Positions 1 to 11,410 of a stretch of 64,000 bases of DNA are shown one piece after another. Position 1 is the stretch's first letter. The number at the start of each line of letters is the position of its first letter. The notes beneath the pieces were generated by a model that was not told the DNA's origin, searched no databases, and saw nothing but the letters and a program-made list of their open reading frames with translations. The stretch covers positions 288,001 through 352,000 of the forward strand of contig CAVVMW010000021.1 in NCBI GenBank assembly GCA_963749495.1, read 5' to 3'. Source of the DNA: an uncultured bacterium (lineage in GTDB: Bacteria > Verrucomicrobiota > Verrucomicrobiia > Limisphaerales > UBA8199). Both the position numbers and the translations under genes were made by a program.

Positions 1-642
1 CTGATGATTGGGTCGCAATTCTGCGGGATCAACGCCATTATCTATTACTCGACGAAGATCTTCGAGACGGCGGCTACCGCGCAGAGCGCGGGGGCCAGCG
101 CGCTGCACGCCGCCGCGTCTGCCGCCGCGGTGAAGCGGGCGGCGTTCGAGGCGACGGCCTGGGTGGGGCTGGTCAACCTGCTCTTCACGTTCGTGGCGAT
201 TGGCCTTGTGGACCTGGCTGGCCGGCGGCCGTTGTTGCTGGCGGGCACCGCCGTGCAGACCGTTGCCCTCGGCTTGGTGGGCTGGATGCTCCACGCCCAC
301 ATGAGCGTCGCGCCGCTCATGGCGTGCATCATGGTCTTCATCGCTGCTTTCGCCAGCGCCATGGGGCCGATCCCGTGGATCTTCTGTTCCGAGATCTTTC
401 CCAACAAAGTCCGGGGCCGGGCGATGTCCATCGCCACGTTCACCATCTGGAGTTCCTGTTACGTGGTGGCCCAGACCTTCCCGATGCTCAACGACAGCAA
501 GGCCGTTGGTCCGGTCCTGACCTTCGGGCTTTACGGCGGGGTGAGCCTCCTGACCTTCATTTTCGTCTGCCTGGCGGTGCCCGAAACCAAGGGGCGCACC
601 CTCGAAGAAATCGAGGCCTCGTGGAGGACGAGGCCCCGCTGA
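1..642 (+). CDS. Sugar porter family MFS transporter (C-terminal part, 5'-truncated by the window)
   Basis: QFCGINAIIYYS, D-x-x-GRR, SEIFP and PETKGRTLEEIE sugar-porter motifs. Confidence 0.93.
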   Translation: MMIGSQFCGINAIIYYSTKIFETAATAQSAGASALHAAASAAAVKRAAFEATAWVGLVNLLFTFVAIGLVDLAGRRPLLLAGTAVQTVALGLVGWMLHAHMSVAPLMACIMVFIAAFASAMGPIPWIFCSEIFPNKVRGRAMSIATFTIWSSCYVVAQTFPMLNDSKAVGPVLTFGLYGGVSLLTFIFVCLAVPETKGRTLEEIEASWRTRPR

Positions 643-671
643 TGCATTTCGTACACTGCCGGGGGTAATGC

Positions 672-882
672 CTCAGCAAGGCGGAAACAGAGTCCGCCGC
701 GGACCCCTCACCCCAACCCTCTCCCCGTCCGACGGGGAGAGGGAGAGGCGTCGGCAGTCTCTTGAACTTCCACGCGTCTCTGCTTGCTCGAGCGGCTGCG
801 GAGAATCCTCCCTCTCCCCATCCGATGGGGAGAGGGTCGGGGTGAGGGGTCTGCCCGCGGTGCTGCCCCCGCTTTCACTGAG
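672..882. repeat. Family A palindromic element (CCCCTCACCCC..CTCTCCC hairpin doublet with CTCAG..CTGAG ends)
   Basis: Inverted arms gacccctcacccc / ggggtgaggggtc at about 702-851; similar copies at 18783, 38653, 52571, 60117 and 63640. Confidence 0.9.
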
Positions 883-1017
883 AAGGTGTGAAAAAATGCC
901 AAAACGCACAACATCCGCGAAAACATCCCTCGGTTTTCCTGGGGATTTTGCAGATTTTTGCGGGCCTTGGCCACAGGAATCGATTTTTTGACACCTTCTG
1001 AGGCCTTACTGTCCGGG

Positions 1018-2481
1018 CTACCGTCGCAGGCCCTTCAACTGCCGCGCCTCGGGTCTGGCGGCGTAGTAGTCATCCAGGGGGTAGCAGCCGCTGATGAGGC
1101 CGTTGCGGGGGGCGGTGGTGCAATCGCTGAAGGTGCGGCACAGGAGCCGGGTCTGGAGCCTGCCGTGGGTCAGGGCGTCCGAAAAGATGGCCGGGTAGGC
1201 CAGGACCATGCGGCCGATGCCGACCAGGTCGATCCATCCATTGCGGACCACCCCTTGGGCGACCTGCGGGAGAAACTCCTGCAGGTAGGAATAGGCGGAG
1301 CCGACCAGGAGGATGCCCGCTGGGGCGCGCCCCTTGACCTGGCGCGCGGCCTGGACCTGGCGGGCAACGCCGATCAGCGGGTCTTCGGGCGGCTGGTAAC
1401 CGTCCGAGGGCGGATAGGCGGCCGGGCGTTGGATGTGGGGATTGTAGTAAGGCGAGCCGGCGCTGAGGTTGACGAGCTTGACGCCGAGCTCCCGGCACAA
1501 TTCAACAAAGCGAAACGTCTCGGCGAGGTCGTATTGGGCCGGGTCATCCGGGTTGACGCCGAAGGCGTAGCGATAGGGCAGGCACTGGGAGAACTCCTCG
1601 GGAATGCCTGGCCCTGGCTTGCCCGGCGCGGACAGGGCCGGGTCCGGGCGGAAGGGCACCAAGTCGAAGGCGCTCAAGCGCACGGCCAAGTCGATGGGAT
1701 TGCCCGAGGCGCGGATGGCGCGGACGATGTCGCGGAGGATGCGGGTGCGGTTTTCGAACGGGCCCCCGTACTGGCCCGGGCGGGCATAGGCGCTGAGAAA
1801 CTCGTGAAGGAGATAACCGTGGCAGTGTTTGATATCGACGAAATCGGCGCCAACGTCCCAGGCGAGTCTGGCCGCCCGGACATAGTCCTCGATGAGGGCC
1901 TCGATTTGGGCATCGGTCCAGACCTGGTCCGGGCTGGTGACGTTGAACCGGCGGTCGAGGATGGGGTGGCGATAGGCAACGCGGGGCTCGAGGCGGAAGT
2001 GGTCGTTGGGTTTGCAGAAGCGCCCGGAATGGGTGAGTTGGAAACCGATGACCAGGTCATCGGCCGTGCCGTGGCGCTGGCGGTGGGCCTCGACGAGGGT
2101 CTCGCGCAGTTTGGCCAGGCCCGCCTTGTTCTCTTCACGGATGACGAGCTGGTTGGGGTTTGCACGGCCGTCCGGGCGCACCGCCATGGCCTCGCCGCCA
2201 AAGATGAGCTTGGCCCCGCTCTGCCCAAACCGCTGCCAGCGCCGGAGCACCGGTTCGGTAATGCCCCCGCTCGGCGAGGCGTCCCAGCCTTCCATAGGCT
2301 GCACCGCGCAACGGTTGCCGATTCGCTTGCCGTTGATGAGGACGCCCTCGACGGGCCGGCCCAGCGGCGAGGCGCTGCCGCTGAGGATTTGGTCGTCACA
2401 GGGCAGTTCGATCCCAAGCGACGCCAGATGCCTGCGGAATTCCTCGGCATTCTTGAGAGAAGGGACCCGCTGGAATTTCAT
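1018..2481 (-). CDS. NADH:flavin oxidoreductase (Old Yellow Enzyme family)
   Basis: QPMEGWD, QLTHSGR, DIKHCHGYLLHEFLS and YGGPFENRTR motifs. Confidence 0.9.
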   Translation of the reverse strand: MKFQRVPSLKNAEEFRRHLASLGIELPCDDQILSGSASPLGRPVEGVLINGKRIGNRCAVQPMEGWDASPSGGITEPVLRRWQRFGQSGAKLIFGGEAMAVRPDGRANPNQLVIREENKAGLAKLRETLVEAHRQRHGTADDLVIGFQLTHSGRFCKPNDHFRLEPRVAYRHPILDRRFNVTSPDQVWTDAQIEALIEDYVRAARLAWDVGADFVDIKHCHGYLLHEFLSAYARPGQYGGPFENRTRILRDIVRAIRASGNPIDLAVRLSAFDLVPFRPDPALSAPGKPGPGIPEEFSQCLPYRYAFGVNPDDPAQYDLAETFRFVELCRELGVKLVNLSAGSPYYNPHIQRPAAYPPSDGYQPPEDPLIGVARQVQAARQVKGRAPAGILLVGSAYSYLQEFLPQVAQGVVRNGWIDLVGIGRMVLAYPAIFSDALTHGRLQTRLLCRTFSDCTTAPRNGLISGCYPLDDYYAARPEARQLKGLRR

Positions 2482-3893
2482 GACTCAAAGAACGTAGGGT
2501 ACTTGTCGCCTCGCGCTTCGCGCAGGAGCAGCACCGCCAGTTCGCGCGCGTGGTAGTCGCCCCACATCGAGCTTTCGCCGTTGGGGACTTTCTGGCCCGG
2601 CAGGATGCGGTCCCAGCCGCCGGGCCGGTGATAGACCGAGTGGAGCAGCAGGCCCTGGTGCCTCGGAGCGGCCGACAGATAGGGGTCGTCGAACAGGGTA
2701 TTGGCCACGGTCAGCCCCGCCTGGCGATAGCGGGCGCCGAGCCGGGTCCGGCCTTTGGCGGCGAGGTGATTCCCGAGGCGGACCAGGCCCTGGGCGGCGA
2801 TGGCGGCGGCCGAGCTGTCGACGGGTTCCCACGGGTTGAACGGGTCGGCGGCGCGGTCCAGGTAATCGCCCAGGCGGTGCAAATTCGGGGCCCCGGTGTC
2901 CCACATCGGAACGCCGTCGGCGCAGGAATTGGCGAGGTAAAAGTCCGCCGTGGCCAGCGCCGCGGCCGAGAACCAGGCCGTGGCCGACTCCAGTGTGGAG
3001 GCCTGGGCTTGAGCGGAGCGCAGGCGATTCCGCGAGCCAGCGGGGCGCCCGGCTCGCAACGTCTGGAGAAACTCCAGTTGCTCGGCGTAGCCCAGCAGGG
3101 CCCACGCCAGCCCGCGCGTCCACGTCGTGAAAGGCGAATAGCCCTGCTGCGAGCTGGGACAGCGGTAGGTGCCGTCATTCACATTGAAGAGGCTCTCGTG
3201 GGCGGTGCGGCCGCCCACGTCGTAGAGGTCGCGCCCCTGGCCATAATAGACGTTGTAGCGGGCCGTGCACTCCCCGTGCTCCAGGAGGCGCTGCAAGAGG
3301 CAGATCTTCCGATCGCCCTCGCCCAGGAGCGCGTGGCCCAGTTGATGCGCCACGGCCAGCGAGCGCAACGAGCGCATGGTGTCCACAAACAGGGAATGGG
3401 GGCCGTTGAACGAATAAATGAAGCCCAGCCCGCCGGCCACAGGGGTCCAGCGCGCGGCCTGCACCGCCCCGGAGACCTTGAGGGCCAGTTCGTAGGTCTG
3501 CATCTCGCGCGGGTCGAAGGGTATCTTGCCCTCCCGCATCAGGCGCCGGAGATTGCCGTAAGTCGAGATGTTATTGAACCCGTGGTCGTGAACTCCGACA
3601 TGCGAGACATGCGCCGCCATTACCTCGATGGTCTTGCGCCGGCCAATCTCCAGAAAGCGCCCCTCGCCGGCGGCGTCGAACTGGAGCAGGGCGGAGCCGA
3701 ATTGGAAACCTTGCGTCCACTCGGTCCAGCCGCGCGTGGTGTAGTGGCCGCGGGCAGTGAACACGGGCGTGCCGCGGGCCGGGTCCCAGCGCTTCTCGAT
3801 GTCCAGGATCTTGCCGGCGGAAAGCTCGAGCAACCGGTTCAATTTGGGCGCAAGTTGTTTGGCGGTGAGAACGGAGTCGATTTTCAGGGCCAT
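2478..3893 (-). CDS. Glycoside hydrolase family 88-like (unsaturated glucuronyl hydrolase-like) protein
   Basis: WTxGF, HDHGF, WTRGLAW, DSSAAAIAA and WGDY motifs; ATG at 3893. Confidence 0.75.
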   Translation of the reverse strand: MALKIDSVLTAKQLAPKLNRLLELSAGKILDIEKRWDPARGTPVFTARGHYTTRGWTEWTQGFQFGSALLQFDAAGEGRFLEIGRRKTIEVMAAHVSHVGVHDHGFNNISTYGNLRRLMREGKIPFDPREMQTYELALKVSGAVQAARWTPVAGGLGFIYSFNGPHSLFVDTMRSLRSLAVAHQLGHALLGEGDRKICLLQRLLEHGECTARYNVYYGQGRDLYDVGGRTAHESLFNVNDGTYRCPSSQQGYSPFTTWTRGLAWALLGYAEQLEFLQTLRAGRPAGSRNRLRSAQAQASTLESATAWFSAAALATADFYLANSCADGVPMWDTGAPNLHRLGDYLDRAADPFNPWEPVDSSAAAIAAQGLVRLGNHLAAKGRTRLGARYRQAGLTVANTLFDDPYLSAAPRHQGLLLHSVYHRPGGWDRILPGQKVPNGESSMWGDYHARELAVLLLREARGDKYPTFFES

Positions 3894-3912
3894 AGGCGGG
3901 TGCTTCTGAGAC

Positions 3913-4710
3913 TCACAATCTGCGCAAATGGAACCCGCCGTCCACATTGAGGACCTCGCCGGTGCTGAACGGCAGGAGGTCCTGGACGATGGCGGCGACG
4001 GCCTTGGCAACGTCTTCGGGCGTGCCCCACCGCTGGATGGGCGTCAGGCCGCCGGCGATGAGCCGGTCATAGTGCTCCTTGACCGGGCTGGTCATGTCGG
4101 TGGCAATGATGCCGGGGCGGATTTCATAGACGTTGATGCCGTATTGGGCCAGGCGGGCGGCGAAGAGGGGCGTGAGCATGGCCAGGGCGGCCTTGGCGAG
4201 GCAGTAGTCGCCCCGGTTGACCGATGCGGTGTAGGCGCTGATCGAGGTGATGGTGATGATCTTGGGGCGGAAAGGAGCGGCGGGCGCGCCGGCGCGGGTC
4301 TGCTCGATCATCCAGCGGGCGGCGAGTTGGGTCAGAAAATAGGGGCCTTTGAGATTGACATTGATGAGCCGGTCAAAGCTCTCTTCGGTGGCTTCCAGGA
4401 TGTCGGCGCGCACCTCTGGGGCCACGCCGGCATTGTTGACCAGGAGATCGAGCCGCCCGAACAAGGACCGGGTCAGGTCGAGGACTTTCTGCCGATCCGC
4501 GGCGCAACCGATGTCCCCCGGGCAAATCTCGGCGCGGATGGACTTGCCCTGGCTCCGGGCCGCGGCCAGGCAGTCGGCGGCGGTCTGGCGCGCAGCCTCG
4601 AGGTTTCGGGCGTAGCCCAGGACCAGGTCGGTCCCCAGCCTGGCCAGCTCCAGGGCAATGCCGCGTCCAATGCCGCGCGAGGCGCCGGTGATTAGGGCTG
4701 CTGCACTCAT
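3913..4710 (-). CDS. Short-chain dehydrogenase/reductase (FabG-like)
   Basis: [12 protein letters not shown] and YCLAK motifs. Confidence 0.92.
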   Translation of the reverse strand: MSAAALITGASRGIGRGIALELARLGTDLVLGYARNLEAARQTAADCLAAARSQGKSIRAEICPGDIGCAADRQKVLDLTRSLFGRLDLLVNNAGVAPEVRADILEATEESFDRLINVNLKGPYFLTQLAARWMIEQTRAGAPAAPFRPKIITITSISAYTASVNRGDYCLAKAALAMLTPLFAARLAQYGINVYEIRPGIIATDMTSPVKEHYDRLIAGGLTPIQRWGTPEDVAKAVAAIVQDLLPFSTGEVLNVDGGFHLRRL

Positions 4711-4748
4711 GCATGGCCAGGATAGGGTACAGACGGGCCAGGGAAAGA

Positions 4749-5682
4749 TCATTTGCCGTCCAGGGCGTCGGACAGGCTCCGGACCGGATCGAGCTGCTCT
4801 GGCCTGGGATTGAGGACCAGGCGCAGGTAGGCGATGGCATCAGCAATGGTCTTGACCGAGCGCGGCAGGGTTGCGGCGCTGGCATTGGCATGGCCGCCGC
4901 CCTGGAGCGTTTCGGCGACCTTAAGGGCCTCGCCGTTCCGGCTGCGGACGCTGGCAATCATGGCACCGGTTGCGCGGCGAAAGAGCGTCAGGAGCACCGG
5001 GTAGTTGGAGACCCGCTGCTCGAGCAATTGGTGAACGATGAGGTTGTTGTTCCCGACGACTGTGTTGACAAAGCCGACGGCGGGGGTGATCTGGACGATG
5101 TTCTCCCGGCTCCACGCCAGGCCGATCGGGTCTTCGATGCGGCGCTTGACGGCCATGACTTCGAGCAACGGATGATCCAAGAGCCTCTCGAGCTGGCCTC
5201 CGATGAGCGCGTGCAGGTTCCAGAACTGGTAGATCTTGACCAGGTTGGCGTAGTCGCTGGCGAGGACGAAATCCGGGTCGTCCTCCAGGAACAGGTCCGC
5301 CACGTTGTTCAGGTGGACCAGCCGGTCCAGGGCCGGCGAGCCCAGGCCGTGCTCCCGGCACAACTCATAGCAGAGCAGCCCGGCGGACTTGCCGACATCG
5401 TGAACCAGAATGGCGTTGCGCGCCGGCAGGCTCCGTCGCGTGATGATCGATCACCGCCCAGTTCGGCTTGTCCAGGCGCGGCTCGAAGCTCAGGTCCGAC
5501 ACCCAGGCGGAGCGCTCGCGCAATTCCCGCTGCCGCCACGTGTGATAGTGATAGGCCTCCAGGCGCACCTCCGTGTTGAACAGCCGCTGCGCCAGGCGGC
5601 CCAGCAACACGCCGGCCACAAGCCCATCGAGATCGCTCTCGTGAGTGATGATCACTTCCGGTCTTGGCAAGCTATTCGTCAT
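4749..5682 (-). CDS. DHH family phosphoesterase, with a frameshift near 5425 (probably a sequencing indel)
   Basis: HESDLDG and DHH in ORF 5365-5682; GGGHANAS in ORF 4749-5363; one extra C joins the two frames. Confidence 0.8.
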
Positions 5683-5963
5683 TCAACCACAATAGCGGAA
5701 TCCGCCCCCGCTGGCCAGCGGCGAAAACGTCAACCGCCAGGCCTTAAATGCGTCTGCCCTGTTTTTATGCTGGACTTGCCGGGATTTTTGTGTCTTCCTC
5801 TTGCCCCGGCCTTGTAACGAGGGGTCAATCGTTGCGGGCAAATGGGGCTGAGGGCGGGTGACCGGTGAGCGGTGAGCACGGCGGGTTTCGCAGGGGCGCA
5901 AGACTAATCCCTTTTGTCACCAAGGGCCCGCGGACAGGCGATTCGGACGGTCTTTTTTGCAGT

Positions 5964-7009
5964 ATGACGACAGCGAGCATTCAAAGAACACAATTCGGCA
6001 AGTTGGCGGATGGCACGCCAGTCGAGCTTTTCACCCTCACCAACGCCAACGGCTTGGTGGCCAAGATCACCAACTACGGCACGATTATCACGGAATTGCA
6101 CGTCCCGGACCGGACCGGACGGCTGGGGGACGTCGTTCTCGGTTTCGACAACCTGGCCCAATATCTAGGCGGGCATCCCTGCTTTGGGTGCACCGTAGGG
6201 CGTGTGGCCAACCGGATCGGCAAAGGGCGCTTTACGCTCGATGGCAAGGTCTATTGCCTGGCGATCAACAACGGCCCCAATCACCTGCACGGGGGTCTCA
6301 AAGGCTTCGACAAAGTCCTGTGGCAGGCCGAGCCGCAGCCAGACGCCGCCGCGGTCAAGTTCAGCTACACCAGCCCTGACGGCGAGGAAGGCTATCCCGG
6401 CACCGTCAACGCCCAGGTCACGATGAGCCTGACGGATGCCAACGAGTTGCGCATCAATTACACCGCCGTCACCGACAAATCGACCCCGGTCAACCTCACC
6501 AATCATTCCTATTTCAACCTGGCCGGGCAAGGGGACATCCTGGCCCATGAACTGATGCTGGCGGCGGACTTTTACACGCCCGCCGATGACGGCCTGATCC
6601 CCACAGGCGAGATACGGCCGGTCAAAGGCACGCCGCTGGACTTTACCCATCCGCAGCCCATCGGGTCCAGGTTCTCCCAACTCGCCGGCGAGCCGGTCGG
6701 CTACGACCACAATTTTGTTCTGAACCGGGGCGGAAGCGGCCTGGCCCTGGCCGCGCGCGTCTCCGACCCCGGACCGGGCGCGTCCTGGAAGTCCTGACCA
6801 CCCAGCCGGGCGTACAGCTCTATACGGCCAATTACCTGGACGGCGCGCTCACCGGCAAGTACGGGATCGTCTATCGGCGTCACGCCGCGTTCTGCCTCGA
6901 GACACAGCATTATCCCGATTCGGTCAACAAACCCTCATTCCCCTCGGTCATCCTGCGTCCCGGACGGACCTACCGGCAGACCACGGTGCATAAGTTTACC
7001 GCAAAATGA
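5964..7009 (+). CDS. galM: Aldose 1-epimerase (mutarotase), with a frameshift near 6772
   Basis: GRVANRI, HLHGG, NLTNHSYFNL and YDHNF; the second frame continues QPGVQLYTAN..FCLETQHYPDSVN to TGA at 7009. Confidence 0.9.
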
Positions 7010-7017
7010 TTCCCCCC

Positions 7018-8193
7018 ATGAGCCTCAATGAGCTTGCCAGCCTGACCACTAAAGAATTCGAAAAGGCCTTCGCGCGCGCGCCCCGGTGGGTCGCGGCGGC
7101 GCCGGGGCGGGTCAACGTCATCGGCGAACACACCGATTACAACGACGGGTTCGTGCTCCCGATGGCGATTGAACGCTACACGGTCATCGCCGCGGCGCCG
7201 GCTGCGGGCGCGGGCCAGATCGTCCGCCTCCGCTCGACGCTCGGCGATGGGGTGGCCGCCATTGATCTGCGCCGGCCCCTGAGTCCCGCCCCCAAAGGCA
7301 CATGGTTCAATTACCCCTTGGGGGTCATTGCGGGATTCCTGGCGCGCGGCGCCCGGCCCGGCGGGTTCGACGCCCTCATCCACTCGAACGTGCCGTTTGG
7401 CGGCGGTGTCTCCAGCAGCGCCGCCCTGGAAGTGGCAACGGCCACGCTGCTGGAGGCGATGACCGGGCGCACGCTCGACCCACTCGAAAAGGCCCTGCTC
7501 TGCCAAAAGGCCGAGCATGACTACGCCGGGATGCCTTGCGGCATCATGGACCAATTCATCTCCGTGATGGGCAGAAAAGACCATTTGTTGCTGTTGGACT
7601 GCCGCTCCCGCAAACCCGAATTGGTGCCCATGACCGACCCGTCGGTGGCCCTGCTCATCACCAATACCAATGTGAAACACGAGTTGACCGGGGGCGGCTA
7701 CGCCAAACGCCGCGCCCAGTGCGAGGAGGCGGCGCAAGCGCTCGGCGTGCCCTCGCTGCGCAACGCCACTGCCGGCATGCTCCAAAGCGCCGACGGCAAG
7801 CTGGATCCGGTCGTCTATCGCCGCGCCCGCCACGTCATCGCCGAAATCGAGCGCACCGTCCGTGCCGCCCAAGCCGTGCGCGCCTCCAACTGGCCTGCCC
7901 TGGGCCAACTGATGTATGCCAGCCATGCCTCCCTGCGCGATGATTACGAGGTGAGCTGCGCCGAATTGGATGCAGTCGTCGAGATCGCCCAAACCATCGG
8001 CCCCAACGGCGGCGTCCTGGGTTGCCGCATGACCGGGGGCGGCTTCGGTGGCTGCACCGTCGCCCTGGTCCGCGCCGACGCCTTGGACGCCGTCTCGGAC
8101 CGCATCGCCGACGGTTACGAAAAACGCACGCAGATCAAACCCTCCCTGTTCGTCTCCCGCCCGGCCCAGGGCGCCACGCTCCTGAAAGGATAG
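7018..8193 (+). CDS. galK: Galactokinase
   Basis: APGRVNVIGEHTDYN, GGGVSSSAA, CGIMDQ and GCRMTGGGFGG motifs. Confidence 0.96.
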   Translation: MSLNELASLTTKEFEKAFARAPRWVAAAPGRVNVIGEHTDYNDGFVLPMAIERYTVIAAAPAAGAGQIVRLRSTLGDGVAAIDLRRPLSPAPKGTWFNYPLGVIAGFLARGARPGGFDALIHSNVPFGGGVSSSAALEVATATLLEAMTGRTLDPLEKALLCQKAEHDYAGMPCGIMDQFISVMGRKDHLLLLDCRSRKPELVPMTDPSVALLITNTNVKHELTGGGYAKRRAQCEEAAQALGVPSLRNATAGMLQSADGKLDPVVYRRARHVIAEIERTVRAAQAVRASNWPALGQLMYASHASLRDDYEVSCAELDAVVEIAQTIGPNGGVLGCRMTGGGFGGCTVALVRADALDAVSDRIADGYEKRTQIKPSLFVSRPAQGATLLKG

Positions 8194-8259
8194 GGATCAA
8201 TCGTTACAGGGGCTGGCTCGGGACTTGAATCTAAAGACCAATCATGAGACAAGGGAGGC

Positions 8260-9225
8260 ATGAAAGCTCACACTCGAAGGGAATTTCTGGAACGATCTCT
8301 CACTCTTGCGGTCACCGCAACGCTTTTTGAATCAGCCACCCTCCTGCCCGGAACCGCGCGGGCGGCCCAAGCCCGGACCCAACCCATCCGCCTGGGCGGC
8401 CCGGTCTTCGATGGCGGCGACGACCCGGAGGCGCTGGCGCTCGCCCACCGAAAACTGGGCTACCGGGCCGCCTATTGTCCCAACGTCTCGCTGAAAGACA
8501 CGGACAAGCTCGGCGCCTATGCCCGGGCCTTCGCCCGGCACGATGTGGTCATCTCCAAGGTGGGCCGCTGGGTCAACCTGCTGGATGCTGATCCCCAAAA
8601 GCGCCGCCAGAACCTCCAAACCGTGACCGAGGGACTGGCCCTGGCCGAAGCCATCGGCGCCCTCTGCTGCGTGGACATCGCCGGCTCCTTCAGCACCACC
8701 TCCTGGTTCGGCCCCCATCCCGAGAACCTGACCAAGCGGTACTTCAATGCCACCGTCGAGAACGCCAGAAAGATCATCAACGCGGTAAAACCCAAGCGCG
8801 CCCACTTCACCTTCGAGGTCATGGGCTGGGCCCTGCCGGACAGCCCGGACAGCTACTTGAAGCTGATCAAGGCCATCAACCGCAAGGCCTTTGGCGTTCA
8901 CCTGGACCCCTGCAACCTGGTCAATTCGCCCGACAAATTCTATCACAACAGCGCCCTGCTCAATGAGTGCTTCGACAAGCTGGGGCGGTGGATCGTGAGC
9001 TGCCACGGCAAGGACTTGACCTGGGATGTCGAGATGAATGTCCATTTCCGCGAGGTTGTCGCCGGCACCGGTTGCCTGGATTACGCCACCTATCTCCGGC
9101 GCCTTGCCGGACTGCCTCAAAACCCGCCCCTCATGCTCGAACACCTGGCCAACGCGGAACAATACACCGCCGCCCGCACTTATGTCTTTAACGTCGGACA
9201 CAAAGCGGGGCTGAGCTTCGAGTAG
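8260..9225 (+). CDS. Tat-exported sugar phosphate isomerase/epimerase (TIM barrel)
   Basis: TRREFL signal; HLDPCN, HGKD and LEH metal ligands; GGGAGG RBS. Confidence 0.85.
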   Translation: MKAHTRREFLERSLTLAVTATLFESATLLPGTARAAQARTQPIRLGGPVFDGGDDPEALALAHRKLGYRAAYCPNVSLKDTDKLGAYARAFARHDVVISKVGRWVNLLDADPQKRRQNLQTVTEGLALAEAIGALCCVDIAGSFSTTSWFGPHPENLTKRYFNATVENARKIINAVKPKRAHFTFEVMGWALPDSPDSYLKLIKAINRKAFGVHLDPCNLVNSPDKFYHNSALLNECFDKLGRWIVSCHGKDLTWDVEMNVHFREVVAGTGCLDYATYLRRLAGLPQNPPLMLEHLANAEQYTAARTYVFNVGHKAGLSFE

Positions 9226-9393
9226 CGCTCCATCAACACCGGTCCGACCCGTCAGACCCGTGCGAGTCACTCGACACTCGAAGAGGGTCCGTCACTCGAC
9301 GGCGTGTTGGCAAGATCATTTCAGAAACCCCTCTCCTAATGATTTTGCCATCAATGATTCTGCCTTTTCTCGAAAGTGAAATGATTCTGTCTA

Positions 9394-11088
9394 TCAGCGT
9401 TTTCCCGCCCTGAGGATGAGGAGCCAATCGCCGGGTTGCGGAGTCTGGAAGCGGCAGGTCTTGCCGTCGAGCGCGGGCGCAGCGGAAATCGTGGCGCCGT
9501 TGGCGGGATTGTACCAGGCGGCGGCGGGCGCCGGGGGCAGGCTCTCGGCCGCCAACTCGACCGAGCGCTCTTCGGGGACATAGACCAGGGCGAGGTCTTT
9601 GGTTTCGGTGACGGCAGCGGCGACGAACTTATGGGGCGAGGCAGCGCCCGGCTGCGAGGCCACCGCCTTGGGTTCGGGCCGAAGGCGCCAGAAATCGATG
9701 CCGTACATGAAGTTCACCAAATGGGCCATCTGTTTGGCGCCAGCCATGAACATGGCGCGGCGCCAGAGCGGCAGGTTGCCGCCCCGGACTTTGGATTTCT
9801 CCTTGGGAAGCAACGTGTCCCAGTTGACCACACCCAGGCCGGTATAGCTGACCCCGGCCGGGGGGTTGAGCAGCTCGCTCCAATAGGCGGCGCGCCCGAC
9901 CTCGCCGGCAGTGTAGCGTTGGGTCGAGCCGGGGATAAGGGCGTTCTCGCAGGGCAGCAAGGCGATGATCGGGTGCGGCGGGAGGTTGGACCACTCCTTG
10001 GCGAAGGGACCCGTCCAGGCGCGCGCCAGGGCGCCATCGGAGAAATCGGTGATGCCTTCCAGGCCGAGGAGATCCACCCAAGGCTGATTGCGAAAGGCAT
10101 CGAGGACCTCGATGGCCGCGCCTGGGCAGACCATGACGGGCGCATGGCGGCCCTCGGAGAAGACGGCCTGGCCGATGCGTTTCCAACGGTCCACCAATCG
10201 CGGGTTGCTGCCGTCGAACGTCAGCACCCACACCACCGGGTCGGCGCCCCAGCGGGCGACCATGTAACGGACCAGCAGCGCCACCTGGTCATCGGGGAGT
10301 GAGACACCCCGCCGGTGCGGGTCCAACTCGGCCAGCGGCGCGATGGCGCTCAAGAGCCCTGCGTGGGTCAAGACCGTCAGCTTCTCATCCAGGCCCCCGA
10401 AGAACTCCGGGTTGACCGCAATCCGGTCCGGAAAACCGCCCAGCGCGGATTGGCCCTTGACGTCCTCGCCGGGGCCGGCCCCCCATTGCACGGCGGTGAA
10501 TCGCTGAGAGGCGCGCAGAATCGCATAGATTTCCCAGTTCTTCAGCTCGGCCATTCGCGCCCCATCCCACGTCGTGTCGGCCAGCCAGAAGAAGGGGGTG
10601 CCGTCGGCGTGCTCGAGGTGGTGGCCGTCCCGGGCGACTCGGGCCGGGCCGTGGGTGTGGAGGGGGTTCTTGCCGATCGCGCCGGTGCAAAGGAACTCCC
10701 CGGCCCGGTTGTGGAGGCCGTGGTTCTCTGTATCCGAGCAAACGGTCCTGAAGGTCCAGCGCCCAGGCTGATTCGGCATGAAGCGCACGCGCCAGGTCCT
10801 CTCGCCGTCCCAAAACCCATAGACCATGTTCGTCTCGCCCAACGGCGACACGAACAGCACGGTCAGCGTGGCATCCTGAAGGGCGTTGGCGTAGAGGGTC
10901 TCACTCTTGAAGACCTGCTCGAAGCGATTCCACTTGGGGACGACGGACATTGGCGGCGACTCGGTGGCCGCCGGGAGGTCCAGCGGCAGCAGCCCGAGCA
11001 GCGACAGCGAGAGGATCGCTGCCGCGCTGGCCGGCGTGTGCCGCAGGCCCGGCAGGGCAGAGGCCCGTTTGAGAACGAAGTTCGTCAT
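9394..11088 (-). CDS. Secreted DUF5060/DUF4038 (apiosidase-like) protein with a C-terminal collagen-binding-like domain
   Basis: Signal peptide; GFWDG..WRVRF, HADGTPFFWLADT and WYNP..G..DW motifs. Confidence 0.8.
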   Translation of the reverse strand: MTNFVLKRASALPGLRHTPASAAAILSLSLLGLLPLDLPAATESPPMSVVPKWNRFEQVFKSETLYANALQDATLTVLFVSPLGETNMVYGFWDGERTWRVRFMPNQPGRWTFRTVCSDTENHGLHNRAGEFLCTGAIGKNPLHTHGPARVARDGHHLEHADGTPFFWLADTTWDGARMAELKNWEIYAILRASQRFTAVQWGAGPGEDVKGQSALGGFPDRIAVNPEFFGGLDEKLTVLTHAGLLSAIAPLAELDPHRRGVSLPDDQVALLVRYMVARWGADPVVWVLTFDGSNPRLVDRWKRIGQAVFSEGRHAPVMVCPGAAIEVLDAFRNQPWVDLLGLEGITDFSDGALARAWTGPFAKEWSNLPPHPIIALLPCENALIPGSTQRYTAGEVGRAAYWSELLNPPAGVSYTGLGVVNWDTLLPKEKSKVRGGNLPLWRRAMFMAGAKQMAHLVNFMYGIDFWRLRPEPKAVASQPGAASPHKFVAAAVTETKDLALVYVPEERSVELAAESLPPAPAAAWYNPANGATISAAPALDGKTCRFQTPQPGDWLLILRAGKR

Positions 11089-11194
11089 ATCGATTCCTTT
11101 CGATTGATCCTGCGCGCATGAGACAACAAAGCGGACGCCCTGTCAATGCCCCTGGGTGAAAACCAGGGCCCAGGGGCGGGGCGCCCGATCCCAA

Positions 11195-11300
11195 ACCTTT
11201 GTCGCGGCCTTTGTCGCAGCCTTTGTCGAGGCATGGCTAACGCGACAAAGGTTGCGACAAAGGTTGCGACAAAGGTTGCGACAAAGGTTGCGACAAAGGT
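11195..11300. repeat. Inverted doublet of 12-bp tandem units (CCTTTGTCGCRR x3 / YGCGACAAAGGT x5)
   Basis: Read directly; second copy at 57304-57370. Confidence 0.9.
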
Positions 11301-11410
11301 CAGGAAAAAGGCCCATGGAGGTCCTCTTTGGCAAACGCCAGACTGGCGAAATTCCCAGATTGGGTTATCAGTAGGATCATGGTTCGTGGTACAAGAACAA
11401 CGGTCAATTC

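Noticed and set aside
668..991. Short ORFs over repeat families A-F as real genes
   Set aside because: They are translations of palindromic repeats and recur wherever the repeat occurs.
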